64,000 nucleotides of DNA, taken from assembly GCA_965197905.1 (NCBI GenBank), contig CBDAOB010000004.1, positions 1,971,857 to 2,035,856 on the forward strand. The letters run 5' to 3'. The stretch comes from Candidatus Latescibacterota bacterium. GTDB lineage: Bacteria; Latescibacterota; UBA2968; UBA8231. Positions 9,741-19,807 of this stretch are shown here, one piece after another. Each line of letters begins with the position of its first letter. Within the stretch, counting starts at the first letter, position 1. Both the position numbers and the translations under genes were made by a program. The notes under the pieces are model-generated. The model was not told the DNA's origin, made no database searches, and saw nothing but the letters and a program-made list of their open reading frames with translations.

Positions 9741-10778
9741 ATGTCCGACCTCGCCGTGGACATGAGAAGTGATACGCTAACCTTGCCCACCGAACAGATG
9801 CGCCAGGCCATGCAAGGGGCCGAAGTAGGCGATGATTGTTTCGGCGAGGACCCCAGCGTGAATCGACTTCAGGAGATGGCTGCGGCGCGAGTGGGAGCTG
9901 AAGCGGCCCTGTTCGTGTCCACCGGTACCATGGGGAATTTGTGCGCCCTCATCGCCCACGCGCGCCCGGGCCAGGACGTCATCCTCGAGCAGTTCTGCCA
10001 CATCCTGCGGGCGGAATCGGGTGGGTACGCCAACATTGCCGGACTGGCAGCGCGGCCAGTGACCACCGCGTTCGGCGTAATCACCCCGGAGACCTTGGAG
10101 GCTGAGGTCGAGCGTTACGGTTACGAGAAGCTGGGTTTGGTCTGTGTCGAAAATAGCTTCAACTACAGCGGCGGCAGCGCCTGGTTGCCCTCCGAGTTCG
10201 AAGCCCTATCACGGGTCGTGCGCAAGTACGAAACCCGGCTACACGTAGACGGGGCCCGCATCTTCAACGCCGCCATCGCCACTGGTGCGGATGTCAAAGA
10301 TTATATGCGCCACGTCGATTCTCTGACCTTTTGTGTCTCGAAAGGTCTCAGCGCCCCAGTCGGGTCGGTGCTGTGCGGTACGCGCAGCTTCATCGAGAAA
10401 GCCCACGCTGCTCGAAGGCGGCTGGGCGGCGGCATGCGACAGTCCGGGGTTCTTGCTGCGGCCGGAATCGTCGCGCTGGAAAGCACGGTGGAGCGGTTGG
10501 CGGAGGATCACATTCGGGCGGCCACGTTGCAGGCGGGGCTGGATGCCATCGACGGAATTGAGACCGTTAAACCGCCCGTTCCCACCAACATGGTGGTCGT
10601 TGACGTTGCCCAATTGCAATGGACCACCGAGAAGCTGCTGGAGAAGTGGGCGTCCCGCGGCATCCGCGCAGGGCCACGTCGGCCCACACGGGCGCGGTTG
10701 GTGGCAAATCGTCACACGACCGATGACCAGGTGGCGTATGTCATCGAAACCACCCAACACCTGGTGGCTGCAGCGTAA
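9741..10778 (+). CDS. ltaE: Low-specificity L-threonine aldolase family PLP enzyme
   Basis: [25 protein letters not shown] and [12 protein letters not shown] (PLP Lys). Confidence 0.85.
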   Translation: MSDLAVDMRSDTLTLPTEQMRQAMQGAEVGDDCFGEDPSVNRLQEMAAARVGAEAALFVSTGTMGNLCALIAHARPGQDVILEQFCHILRAESGGYANIAGLAARPVTTAFGVITPETLEAEVERYGYEKLGLVCVENSFNYSGGSAWLPSEFEALSRVVRKYETRLHVDGARIFNAAIATGADVKDYMRHVDSLTFCVSKGLSAPVGSVLCGTRSFIEKAHAARRRLGGGMRQSGVLAAAGIVALESTVERLAEDHIRAATLQAGLDAIDGIETVKPPVPTNMVVVDVAQLQWTTEKLLEKWASRGIRAGPRRPTRARLVANRHTTDDQVAYVIETTQHLVAAA

Positions 10779-10797
10779 TCCAATCCGTTCACCCACC

Positions 10798-13218
10798 TTG
10801 GCATCGTTTTCAGTATTCACGGCCAACGCGCCGGACGTAACGCGCCGGATCCTCACCTCAAAGCGCTCCGTTCCAGCCATCCGCTTCGCTCGCTCTTGGG
10901 CTTTCGTGCTTCTTGTTGCTGTGCAGCCGGTGATGGCCACCGATTCGGGGGGCGGCGAAACTCGACCGGCCAATCACCTGATCGACGAAACCAGCCCGTA
11001 TCTCCTACTACACGCCTACAACCCGGTGGAGTGGTACCCCTGGGGCGAGCCGGCGTTGAGCCGAGCCCGGACCGAAAACAAACCGATCTTCCTGTCAGTA
11101 GGCTATTCGACCTGTTACTGGTGTCACGTGATGGAGCGGCTGGTATTCTCGAATCCGGAGATCGCCGACTTGATGAACCGCTGGTTCGTGAACATCAAGG
11201 TCGACCGCGAGGAGCGACCTGACCTCGACAAGATCTACATGTTAGCCACGCAACTGGTAAGCGGCAGCGGGGGCTGGCCCAATTCGGTTTTTCTCACCCC
11301 CGAACTCAAACCCTTTTTCGCCGGCACCTACTTCCCCCCAGAGGATGCGCACGGGCGACCCTCCTTTCCACGAGTTTTAGAATCGATCCACGCCGCCTGG
11401 GAGACGCGCCGAGAAGAGGTCTTCGCGGCCTCCGAACAACTTACGGGGGCTATACAGGAGCTGGAATCCGGAGCCCGCGAGCTGCCAAGGGACCCCGACA
11501 GCGCGCTCGTGACGCGTACGCGATTTGAGCTGGAAGCGCGTTACGATGCCCGCTTCGGCGGTTTTGGCGGTGCCCCCAAGTTCCCATCGACCATGAGCCT
11601 CGATTTCCTGCTCACCTCATGGATGGACACGGGAGACAAGACCACGTGGCAGGTGGTGGAACACAGTCTCGAGGCGATGTCACACGGAGGTATCTACGAT
11701 CATGTGGGAGGCGGTTTCCACCGCTACGCCACCGATGCCCAATGGCGCGTGCCCCACTTCGAGAAGATGCTCTACAATCAGGCGGGGTTGGGGCGTCTCT
11801 ATCTGCGCGCCTTCGAGCTCAGCGGCCGTTCCTCCTGGGGCGAGGTGGCCAGCGACATCCTGGACTTCGTCAAGCGTGAGCTGACCTCGCCCGAGGGGCC
11901 ATTCTACTCTGCGCTGGACGCGGAGACGGAAGCCGTGGAAGGCAAATATTACCTGTGGACGGCCGAGGAAGTGCGCACCGTGCTGGCCGACGGTGAGGAT
12001 CGCTTCCACAGCCTGTTCGAGCTGGTACCGGTGCCCGAAACCGGCGGCAACGCCGTGGTGAAGAAACGGCGGGGCACCTCCGACATCGGACCCTCGCCGG
12101 ACGAGTTGAGACGCCTGAAAGATATGCGCCGGCGACTTCTAGAGGTTCGCAGTCGACGGGTCTATCCCTTGCGAGACGACAAGATCATCACCTCCTGGAA
12201 CGGGCTGATGATCGAGACCTACGCCTACGCCTATCGCGTGCTGAAGGATCAGGCGTACCAGCGCACCGCGGAAGCGGCGGCGGAATTCGTTCTAAAACAT
12301 ATGCGAACGCCGGATGGAGGGTTCTATCGAGTCTACCGCAATGGACGCGCGAAATATCCCGCCTACCTGGAGGACTACGCCTTCCTAGCCCGGGGTTTGC
12401 TGAGTTTGCACCGGTCCGGCGACGACGAACGCTGGCTGGCGGAAAGCGAAACCGTGGTCGATCAGATGCTGCGCCGTTTTTGGGATGCGGACGCGGGAGG
12501 ATTCTATTACACAGAAGGGGGTGCTGATCTGATCGTGCGCATCAAAGACGGCCAAGACTCCGCCTTGCCGTCCGCCAACGCGGTGGCGGTCGACGTGCTG
12601 TTGGACCTCGCCGAAGTCACCGGGGACAAGGCGTATCGGAAGCAGGCTGGGCGCTGTCTACGGTCGTTCGGTGGCATGATGCAAGCCCAGCCCCAGGGGT
12701 TCATTCGCATGATCGCCGCCGCCGATCGGTACCTGAAGTCCCAACCCAAGAGTTTCCCGGCCGCCTTCTCGGGAATCTCGCCACCACCCTTAACGGAACC
12801 AGTGGTCCAGGCGCGCCTGCGGACGGAGACCACCGCTCCAATCCCCGGACATGCATTCGCGCTGTCGGTCGATCTGTCCATCCAACCGGGGTGGCACCTG
12901 AACGCCTACGACCCATTTGCGCGAACCCTGCTGCCCACCTCGATGACCCTGAACTTCGATCTGCCCTTGACAGTTCTCGACACCACCTATCCCGCCAGCC
13001 AGCAGTTCTATTACGAAGCGCTCGACGAAACCTTGAATGTCTACCAGGGTGAGGTGTCGCTGGGCGCACGGTTGCAACTACAACCCCATGCGCCCACCGG
13101 CGCCAAAGGAGTGATCCGCGTTCTCATACAATATCAGGCGTGTGACGATACCCGGTGCTTGCCCCCTGGCGAGCTCCAGAAGACGGTGCCAATCTCGGTT
13201 GGCGCGCGAACCGAGTAG
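10798..13218 (+). CDS. YyaL/SPATA20-like thioredoxin-domain protein (DUF255) fused to a C-terminal DsbD-N-like domain
   Basis: [29 protein letters not shown] (CxxC) and PHFEKMLY, then C-terminal GWHLNA...[13 protein letters not shown] signal-peptide-like segment precedes MATD. Start is uncertain (TTG 10798). Confidence 0.88.
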   Translation: MASFSVFTANAPDVTRRILTSKRSVPAIRFARSWAFVLLVAVQPVMATDSGGGETRPANHLIDETSPYLLLHAYNPVEWYPWGEPALSRARTENKPIFLSVGYSTCYWCHVMERLVFSNPEIADLMNRWFVNIKVDREERPDLDKIYMLATQLVSGSGGWPNSVFLTPELKPFFAGTYFPPEDAHGRPSFPRVLESIHAAWETRREEVFAASEQLTGAIQELESGARELPRDPDSALVTRTRFELEARYDARFGGFGGAPKFPSTMSLDFLLTSWMDTGDKTTWQVVEHSLEAMSHGGIYDHVGGGFHRYATDAQWRVPHFEKMLYNQAGLGRLYLRAFELSGRSSWGEVASDILDFVKRELTSPEGPFYSALDAETEAVEGKYYLWTAEEVRTVLADGEDRFHSLFELVPVPETGGNAVVKKRRGTSDIGPSPDELRRLKDMRRRLLEVRSRRVYPLRDDKIITSWNGLMIETYAYAYRVLKDQAYQRTAEAAAEFVLKHMRTPDGGFYRVYRNGRAKYPAYLEDYAFLARGLLSLHRSGDDERWLAESETVVDQMLRRFWDADAGGFYYTEGGADLIVRIKDGQDSALPSANAVAVDVLLDLAEVTGDKAYRKQAGRCLRSFGGMMQAQPQGFIRMIAAADRYLKSQPKSFPAAFSGISPPPLTEPVVQARLRTETTAPIPGHAFALSVDLSIQPGWHLNAYDPFARTLLPTSMTLNFDLPLTVLDTTYPASQQFYYEALDETLNVYQGEVSLGARLQLQPHAPTGAKGVIRVLIQYQACDDTRCLPPGELQKTVPISVGARTE

Positions 13219-13284
13219 ATCAGTAAAAGGTAGTTTGTCTGAGGGTGGCTCGGACTCGGCGCCCACCAACGGGCGCCCCACATA

Positions 13285-14346
13285 TCAGACCAGCTGTCCG
13301 CCGCAGGAGCTGCCCGCCCCCGCCGTACAGCCGTAACAGTGGTCCTCGACCGCAATGTCGCCGTCGTTGAAGGACTTCAGTGTTTCCACCGACCAGATCG
13401 TCTTCGGGTGGCGACCGGAAGGGATCTCCACCATCTGATTGAAATCGCAATCGTAGATCTGTCCGTCCCAGCCAATAGAAATCAGGTCGCGACACATCAG
13501 GTTTTCCACCGCGGAGCGGTTAAAACTGTTGACCAAGAGCATCATGTACTCCAGCACTTGATCTGCGTGTTTCAGGTCGTAGAGAAACCGCTTGATCGGC
13601 ATATTGGTAATCGTGAAGAGTCGATTGAAACGGACCCCGAAATCCTCCAACAAACGCTCTTTGTAGTCGCTTTCCAACTCGTCCTGGGCGGGAGGAAGAA
13701 ACGGCCCCACTGGATTGTAGACGAGGTTTAACACCAGGTCGCCCTCGCCGTAGCCCAGCTCGTTGAGCAAACGCAAAGCGCATATACTCTTGTCGAACAC
13801 CCCTTTGCCCCGTTGCTGCTCGACGTTTTCGCGAGAGTAACAGGGGAGGGAAGCAATAACCTCTACGCTGTGTGCTGCCAGAAACGGCGCGGTGTCCTCC
13901 TGCCCTTCTTCGACCAGGACGGTGAGATTGCAGCGGTCGATAACCTTATGTGTGCGCGCTCTGGATTCCCGCACCAGATATCTGAAAACGGGGTTGAGCT
14001 CGGGAGCGCCGCCGGTGATATCCACGGTGTCTAATTGCTCACCTCCGGGGGTATCCATGAGCTCGACAACGCGCCCCGCGGTGTCCGAGGTCATCTGTTC
14101 CCGCCGATGTGGACCGGCTTCCACGTGGCAATGTCGACAGGTCTGGTTGCACAGTTTTCCGACGTTGATCTGCAGCGTTCGCAACGGACGTCGGTTTAAC
14201 GAACAACCGCTTTTCGCCAACCGTTGGGCGAAGGAGGGCCAGGGGCCAGCCAGCTGATCCTTGTCCAGCTTTGATTCCGCCGGAGCGATCGTAAGTAGAG
14301 GTGTGGTCATTGGCTGTCCAGATTGAAGGGGATGAGTGTAACCCAT
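13285..14346 (-). CDS. arsS: ArsS-family radical SAM protein (DUF3641 C-terminus), Cys form
   Basis: LQINVGKLCNQTCRHCHV (CxxxCxxC), DITGGAPELNP, YDCDFNQM and terminal HCYGCTAGAGSSCGG. Confidence 0.88.
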   Translation of the reverse strand: MGYTHPLQSGQPMTTPLLTIAPAESKLDKDQLAGPWPSFAQRLAKSGCSLNRRPLRTLQINVGKLCNQTCRHCHVEAGPHRREQMTSDTAGRVVELMDTPGGEQLDTVDITGGAPELNPVFRYLVRESRARTHKVIDRCNLTVLVEEGQEDTAPFLAAHSVEVIASLPCYSRENVEQQRGKGVFDKSICALRLLNELGYGEGDLVLNLVYNPVGPFLPPAQDELESDYKERLLEDFGVRFNRLFTITNMPIKRFLYDLKHADQVLEYMMLLVNSFNRSAVENLMCRDLISIGWDGQIYDCDFNQMVEIPSGRHPKTIWSVETLKSFNDGDIAVEDHCYGCTAGAGSSCGGQLV

Positions 14347-14404
14347 TTATCAGCAGCACGCAATTTTTTTCGCGAGCGGGGAAGGCGTTCCCAGCGCCAA
14401 CGAG

Positions 14405-15343
14405 CTACTGGGTGCCGTTCAGGATCAATGCGAGCGAAAAGATGGTGCCGCTCAAGGTGTTAGTACCGGCCAGGACATGCAACAGCTCGGCCTGTACCGC
14501 CGTGCCCGGCGACAGCGAATAGATGACTCCCGGACTGAGCTTGGTAAAATGTTGATCCCCGACGACCAGGTTCGGTAAGGCGCCGCCGCCGCCGGGCAAG
14601 GGTGTCACCACGGTTTGACCGGCGATATCAGGTGGGGTCGAACGGTTGCGGACCCCATCGAGCGCAATCTTGGTGAGCACCGGACCAAGGTTGTACCCTA
14701 CCTCCACTCCGTAGACCAACTCGTCGTGCAAACGTCCACCTCGTCGGCGGAACCCCAAGCCGCCGGTTACATACCCCGCCAACGGCCACAGGCTGCGGCC
14801 TGCGAGCAGATGGATTTCACCGTCTAACTTTGCCGAACCGAGTGGCGGTCCGTCGTTTGCCGGCCGCTGGTCGTACCCCAGAGGAAACTTGACACCCGTC
14901 TGAATCGAGAACGCCAGTGGATCGGGTAACAGCTGCCGGCGCACTGAAAGGGTGATATCGCCAAACCCAACGGTGTTGACGATTTCCCGATTGGTTTCGA
15001 TGCCCCCGCCAAACAGCACGTCGCGCTCAGAACGCAACCCTTTGAACGGCAACGTGGCGACCATGGTTGCGTTCTCTGTGAGACCGTATTCCAGGTAGAG
15101 ATTGAGGTTGGCGTCGCGAAACGACGCATCCTCGAACGCCGTCTGTTCTTCGAGAATCTGCAGCCTGTCGCCCAAATGGTTGAATTCCTCGGTGGTAGAA
15201 AAATAAGACGAGCCGACCTTGAGGAAGTAGCTTCCCTGCTCTTGCACCCAGGTGCCCGCCCAGCAGCGTCCGGCCAACAACCCCACCACCAGAAGGGCAA
15301 GAGTCGCTAGAGGCGCACCGACAGCACGGCGTCTCGAGTCCAG
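14405..15343 (-). CDS. Predicted outer-membrane beta-barrel protein
   Basis: Alternating beta-strand pattern (LNLYLEYGLTE, GFGDITLSVR, ELVYGVEVGY). The frame is open upstream of 15289 with a signal peptide RRRAVGAPLATLALLVVGLLAGRCWA; start may be CTG 15343. Confidence 0.7.
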   Translation of the reverse strand: MDSRRRAVGAPLATLALLVVGLLAGRCWAGTWVQEQGSYFLKVGSSYFSTTEEFNHLGDRLQILEEQTAFEDASFRDANLNLYLEYGLTENATMVATLPFKGLRSERDVLFGGGIETNREIVNTVGFGDITLSVRRQLLPDPLAFSIQTGVKFPLGYDQRPANDGPPLGSAKLDGEIHLLAGRSLWPLAGYVTGGLGFRRRGGRLHDELVYGVEVGYNLGPVLTKIALDGVRNRSTPPDIAGQTVVTPLPGGGGALPNLVVGDQHFTKLSPGVIYSLSPGTAVQAELLHVLAGTNTLSGTIFSLALILNGTQ

Positions 15344-15365
15344 GCCCGGTCTTCGCGGTCACGTG

Positions 15366-16046
15366 CTATGGGTATTTGAGAAATCGGGTATCGGGGTTGG
15401 CGCGTTTCCAGCTGTCCCAACGTCCCACCGAGGACTGAAACTCCTCGAGCTTGCGACCCGCATAGAAACCTCCGATACTGGTCAATCCATCCTCCCCGTC
15501 CATATGGTACCACAAGCTCTCGGTGTCGTAGTCAAACAGCACGAAGGTGCTGCGATACAACCACCCGCTGGCGCTCATGGTGAGAACCCGATCGTCTATC
15601 TCGCGGCTGTACACGCCAGCCAATCCAACGATCGGTCAGTAAGCGACCGCCACATGGGTGTCGCCAAACACCTCGTTGGCGACCTCATGGGCGCTCATTA
15701 CGCCGATGGAGTAGGCCCGAGGCATATCGTTGAGTCGGGTGCCAAGAATCAGGAACGTCGCATTTTCGGCGGGATAACCATCCTCTTCGGCGGATAACAT
15801 CTGCGGATTGAGAATGGGACGCAGCGAGAAAGGCCCGCTGCCTATCTCGAACTCATCGGGCTCAAAGCCGAACTCGTTCTTGGCGTAGGTGACGTCCCAC
15901 CTCTTGCCCGTTTTGTCGACGATGAAGATGCGCCCGGCGTCGCCTTCGATACCGAAGGGACCCGAAGGACTGCCGGAAGAATCACCGCATCCAGAGATCC
16001 AGAAAAGGCAGGGAAACAGCAATGCTGCAACGATTCTCAATCGCAC
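15366..16046 (-). CDS. Short DUF3179-family lipoprotein, probable selenoprotein (TGA at 15636-15638), 226 aa
   Basis: ORFs 15636-16046 and 15366-15623 share a frame: THVAVAY-TGA-PIVGLAGVYSRE. Lipobox ISGC. The TGA aligns with Cys in VTFCPLT of gene 19808-21268. Confidence 0.88.
15605..15621 (-). promoter_or_regulatory. Candidate bacterial SECIS hairpin (copy 1)
   Basis: GGCUG-GCGUGUA-CAGCC, starting 15 nt after the UGA. Confidence 0.5.
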
Positions 16047-16059
16047 GGCGGCTTCGCTT

Positions 16060-16728
16060 TCACGGATAGCGCAGGAATTTCGACTTTGGATGATTGTTCC
16101 ACCAGGTGCTCCACCGGGTGACGGTAGATTCGAATTCGGACAGCTTGCGGTCGGCGTAGAAACCGCTGATACCCGTCAATCCATCCTCCCCAGGTAGATG
16201 ATACCACATGGTTTCCGTCTCGTAGTCGAAGAGCACGAAGGTGCTGCGATAGGTCCACCCGCTGGCGCTGAGAGTTAGGACGTTACCATCGATTTCGCGG
16301 CTGTACACGGCAGCCAGGTCTACCAGCGGTCAGTAGGCGACAGCGACATGAGTCTCGCCGAATTTCTCGTTGGCGATCTCGTGTCGACTCATGACGGCGA
16401 TGGGGTAAGCCCTGGTAAAGCCGTTTAGCTGCGTCGCCAAGACGAGAAAGATCCCAGCCGTCTCCGGGTAGCCTGACTCTCCGGGAGCCCACATGAGGGG
16501 GTCGTTGATCGGTCGAATGGCAAACGGACCAAGACCGAATTGGAAGCCAGACGGCTGCAGATCGTACTGGTCGCGGGCATGAGTTACGTCCCACGATTTC
16601 CCCGTGCGATCGGTGATCAACACGTTGCCTTCTTCTTGAAACACCCGCGCGGGGCCCTGGGGCTCCTCCACGTAATCGGCGCATCCGGACCAAACGAGCG
16701 CCGCTGCAAGAAGAATGAACTTGGTCAA
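16060..16728 (-). CDS. Short DUF3179-family lipoprotein, probable selenoprotein (TGA at 16330-16332), 222 aa
   Basis: ETHVAVAY-TGA-PLVDLAAVYSRE is in frame across ORFs 16330-16728 and 16060-16308. Lipobox WSGC. Confidence 0.88.
16299..16315 (-). promoter_or_regulatory. Candidate bacterial SECIS hairpin (copy 2)
   Basis: GGCUG-CCGUGUA-CAGCC, starting 15 nt after the UGA. Confidence 0.5.
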
Positions 16729-16759
16729 GTAGCCTATCCTGCTGTGTGTAGGTTGCGGC

Positions 16760-17476
16760 TCAGGGCCGTGGTCGATAGCGAGAAGGCCGTTTCGGGTACC
16801 GCATAAATTTAGTATCGGGATGTTCTTCTTTCCACCGCTCCCAAGTGGTTCGGGTGGAGTCGAGTTCTGGCAGGATGCGGTCCTTGTAATATCCCGAAAT
16901 GGCCGTCAATCCTTTGGTACCCTTCCTGGGATACCACAAGCTTTCCGTTTCTTTGTCGTACAACACAAAGGTTCTGCGGTAGGTCCACCCGCTCGGTGCC
17001 AAGGTCAATGTGCGGCCATCTATCTCGCGGCTGTACACGGCCGCCAGGTCCACCAGCGGTCAGTAAGCCACTGCGGCTTCGGTATACCCGATTGTTTCGT
17101 TCACGATTTCATGGCGCACGATCTGGCGGATCGCGTAGCTCCGTGCGTCGCCCTCGAAACTTGCTCCGATAATCTGTTCCTTTGCTTGACGCGAGCGCAA
17201 GTTTGGATAGTCCTGTTCATGAGAACGGATCATCTCGGGATGATTGATCGGCGGAATCGTATTCTTGCCGATACCGAACTCGAACCCGGAAGGGGCCATC
17301 CCGTACTTCTCGACGGCGTGGGTGATATCGAAGCGTTCGCCGTACCGATCAGTTATGAAGACGGGTCCACCTCCCGACCGAGCCTGCGTTGTGTTCCCGG
17401 CTGGGACCGGACCGCAGGCTATAAGAAGACAGGACACCAGGACGATCGCGGGAGACCCTGCGTAAGCTCTGTTCAT
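16760..17476 (-). CDS. Short DUF3179-family lipoprotein, probable selenoprotein (TGA at 17060-17062), 238 aa
   Basis: TEAAVAY-TGA-PLVDLAAVYSRE is in frame across ORFs 17060-17476 and 16760-17053. Lipobox LIAC. Confidence 0.88.
17027..17045 (-). promoter_or_regulatory. Candidate bacterial SECIS hairpin (copy 3)
   Basis: GGCGG-CCGUGUA-CAGCC (one mismatch), or the shifted perfect stem GCGGC-CGUGUACA-GCCGC, at the same offset from the UGA. Confidence 0.45.
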
Positions 17477-17498
17477 GCGGTGCTCCGTGCCGGCGACA

Positions 17499-19589
17499 TC
17501 ATCTGTCCACGGGGGAAGCCGCGCCGGCTACTGAGGCTCGAGTTTCGCCATCGCTGGACGCGGCCGTTGCCCCATTCCGTCGCGGTATTCCGAAACTGAA
17601 TCGACTGCCCTTGCCAGGGCCGTCTGACTCGGCGCGGATGTATTGGCGCTCAACGATATAGCGCGAGATCGCCAATCCGATTCCGGTTCCCTGTTTGCGG
17701 GAAACCGCATCGCCCGCCTGTTCGAACAAGTTGAAGATCCGCTTCAGCGCATCGGACTCTATGCCCTCGCCGCTATCGATGACCTGGAATTCCAGATCGT
17801 CGCCGGCCACTTGAATCTCGACCCGGATTCCATCTCCAGAATCGGTAAATTTCAACGCGTTATCCAGCAGATTGGCCAACACCTGGGCAATCCGATCGCC
17901 ATCCGCTACCGCTGTGAGTCCGTTGGGCTCGGCCGGTCCCCGGTAACTCACTTCGATCCCCTTTTTGGCGCCCATTTCGCGGTACGACTCCAACACCTCC
18001 TGCACGATGGGATCCAGATCCACTTCGGAGCGATTCATCTGCAGCCCCTGCCCTCGGTCGATGCGCGAGAAATCCAGCAGGTCGTCCACCAACCGAATTA
18101 GCCGCGCGGTATTGTGACCCATGATCTCGACCCGTTTGCGCACCTGTTCCAAGGTCTCGCGCTGTACCTCCCCCGTCTGCTCGAGAAACTCCTCTGTTAG
18201 AAACATCTGGTTGATGATGCGGCTGAAGCCGTCGAGAGAGGCGAGGGGTGTCTTGAGCTCATGAGAAACCACCGAAAGAAGGTGTGATTTATAGGAGTTC
18301 AGACGCTCGAGTTGCGCGTTCTGTTGCTCCAGTTGCGCCTCTGAGAGCTGAAGATCTGCGGTGCGAGACCGGATTTGATCCCGAAGGTGGTCGGTCGCTT
18401 CCCGCAGACGGTGGACCATGATATCGAACGCCGTGTAGAGCTGGCCAATCTCATCCTCGCGCGGATACGGTTGGGGATCGGCGCGCAGGTCCCCGCCTGC
18501 TACGCGTTCCGCCATTTTGCTTAGATTCAGCACCGGCTTTACCACCATCGACTGGCTGAAAACGAGGGTTAGTGCGAGGCTGATCCCGATCACCACGGAT
18601 CCCAGAATCAGAAACCCGTTTCGCAAGGTCTTGGAGGGAGCAAAAATAACATCGGTAGGCGCGTCGAAGATGACTGCCCAATAGTTGTCCTCGCTCAGCG
18701 GATCGTATTGAATTTTTCCGGCGCCGTGCATGCACCGGTGAGTACTCTCGTCATGGCCTCTCTCCGGTTCGCAGGCCACATAAAGGCTTGCCGACTGTTG
18801 CGAGGCCAGTACTGCGGCCAGCCGCGGGTGCACCTCGATAAGAGTCGTTTTTAGCCCCAATCCGTCGGATTCTGGCGTGCGGTAAAGCATGCGGCCCCGC
18901 TGATCGACAATAAAGGCGCGTCCCTGGTCGACTGGATTGTTCAACCCTGACAACAAGCGACCGGGATCGACGCGGACGGTGATCGTTCCCACCGTAGGTC
19001 CACCGGGTCCAACGACGGGAGCCCCGACCCAAAAGGTGGGAATCGATCCCTCAGTCTCGGAAGAAAGGAGCGGCGAAACGTAGACAGTGCCTTTGCTCAG
19101 CGAGATCGTTTGCCGAAAATGATCCGTCGACCGCTGGCGCAACTGGTCGCGGGTGACCAGGCGCGCAACTCCATCCTGAACGAGAATCCGCATCCGCTCG
19201 CGGCCCGATCGATCCGTTAACACGATTTCCACGCATTCCGGGTGGGTTTCGGCCATGGAAATAAAGAGATTCTCCAGCTGCGATGCAGTCGGCGGGTGGT
19301 CGGCCGGCGGGCCCGGGTTTCCGTCCCTTGCCACCAGGAACGCCTGCACCGGCTGCATGTTGGCCATAAAGAGCGCCTTGCGGGATTCATCGCGTATGTA
19401 GTCGGAAAAGCTCTTCGAGACGGCCTCGATGCCGAGCCGGAACTTATCTTCCGCCAGTTCCTCCAGGGCATCCTGACTTCTGGCGTAGGCGAGGTATCCA
19501 AGAACCAGAAGCCCGATTACCTGCAGACTCCCCAGGACCAGAGCTGACTTGATTCGAAAAGACAAATGGCGAGAGCGATTCATACTCAC
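17499..19589 (-). CDS. Membrane sensor histidine kinase (Cache-like sensor, HAMP, HisKA, HATPase)
   Basis: Two TM segments, REDEIGQL (HAMP), VSHELKTPL (H box), NLLDNALKFT, DSGEGI and GTGIGLAI. Confidence 0.93.
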   Translation of the reverse strand: MSMNRSRHLSFRIKSALVLGSLQVIGLLVLGYLAYARSQDALEELAEDKFRLGIEAVSKSFSDYIRDESRKALFMANMQPVQAFLVARDGNPGPPADHPPTASQLENLFISMAETHPECVEIVLTDRSGRERMRILVQDGVARLVTRDQLRQRSTDHFRQTISLSKGTVYVSPLLSSETEGSIPTFWVGAPVVGPGGPTVGTITVRVDPGRLLSGLNNPVDQGRAFIVDQRGRMLYRTPESDGLGLKTTLIEVHPRLAAVLASQQSASLYVACEPERGHDESTHRCMHGAGKIQYDPLSEDNYWAVIFDAPTDVIFAPSKTLRNGFLILGSVVIGISLALTLVFSQSMVVKPVLNLSKMAERVAGGDLRADPQPYPREDEIGQLYTAFDIMVHRLREATDHLRDQIRSRTADLQLSEAQLEQQNAQLERLNSYKSHLLSVVSHELKTPLASLDGFSRIINQMFLTEEFLEQTGEVQRETLEQVRKRVEIMGHNTARLIRLVDDLLDFSRIDRGQGLQMNRSEVDLDPIVQEVLESYREMGAKKGIEVSYRGPAEPNGLTAVADGDRIAQVLANLLDNALKFTDSGDGIRVEIQVAGDDLEFQVIDSGEGIESDALKRIFNLFEQAGDAVSRKQGTGIGLAISRYIVERQYIRAESDGPGKGSRFSFGIPRRNGATAASSDGETRASVAGAASPVDR

Positions 19590-19807
19590 TTGGCCACGAA
19601 GGTTATTCTGTCATGGACTACCGCAATAGATGCCTGTCGGTTACCGTGGGATTCGTCCGCGGGTGACGGAGCTCGGTAGATCCCAACGAAACCGAAACTA
19701 CAGTTGCTTCATCTAACAAACAGATTGAGATTCCTGCTACAACTGCCACAATTACCACCGGCTCCTCGGTGCACGACGCAGGTGGGTAGAAACCTCCGGA
19801 GGGCAAC

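Noticed and set aside
10333-10797. N-terminal 155 aa of the 961-aa ORF
   Set aside because: It overlaps ltaE in another frame and has non-protein-like composition. Homology begins near 10960.
13285-13320. Sec in the ArsS C-terminal GSSxGG motif
   Set aside because: The codon is TGC (Cys). The TGA at 13285-13287 is the normal stop after GGQLV.
15366-17476. Six independent small genes, or three nonsense-mutated pseudogenes
   Set aside because: The same TGA sits at the same Cys-aligned column in three diverged paralogs with intact frames. The downstream halves also have no convincing RBS or start of their own.
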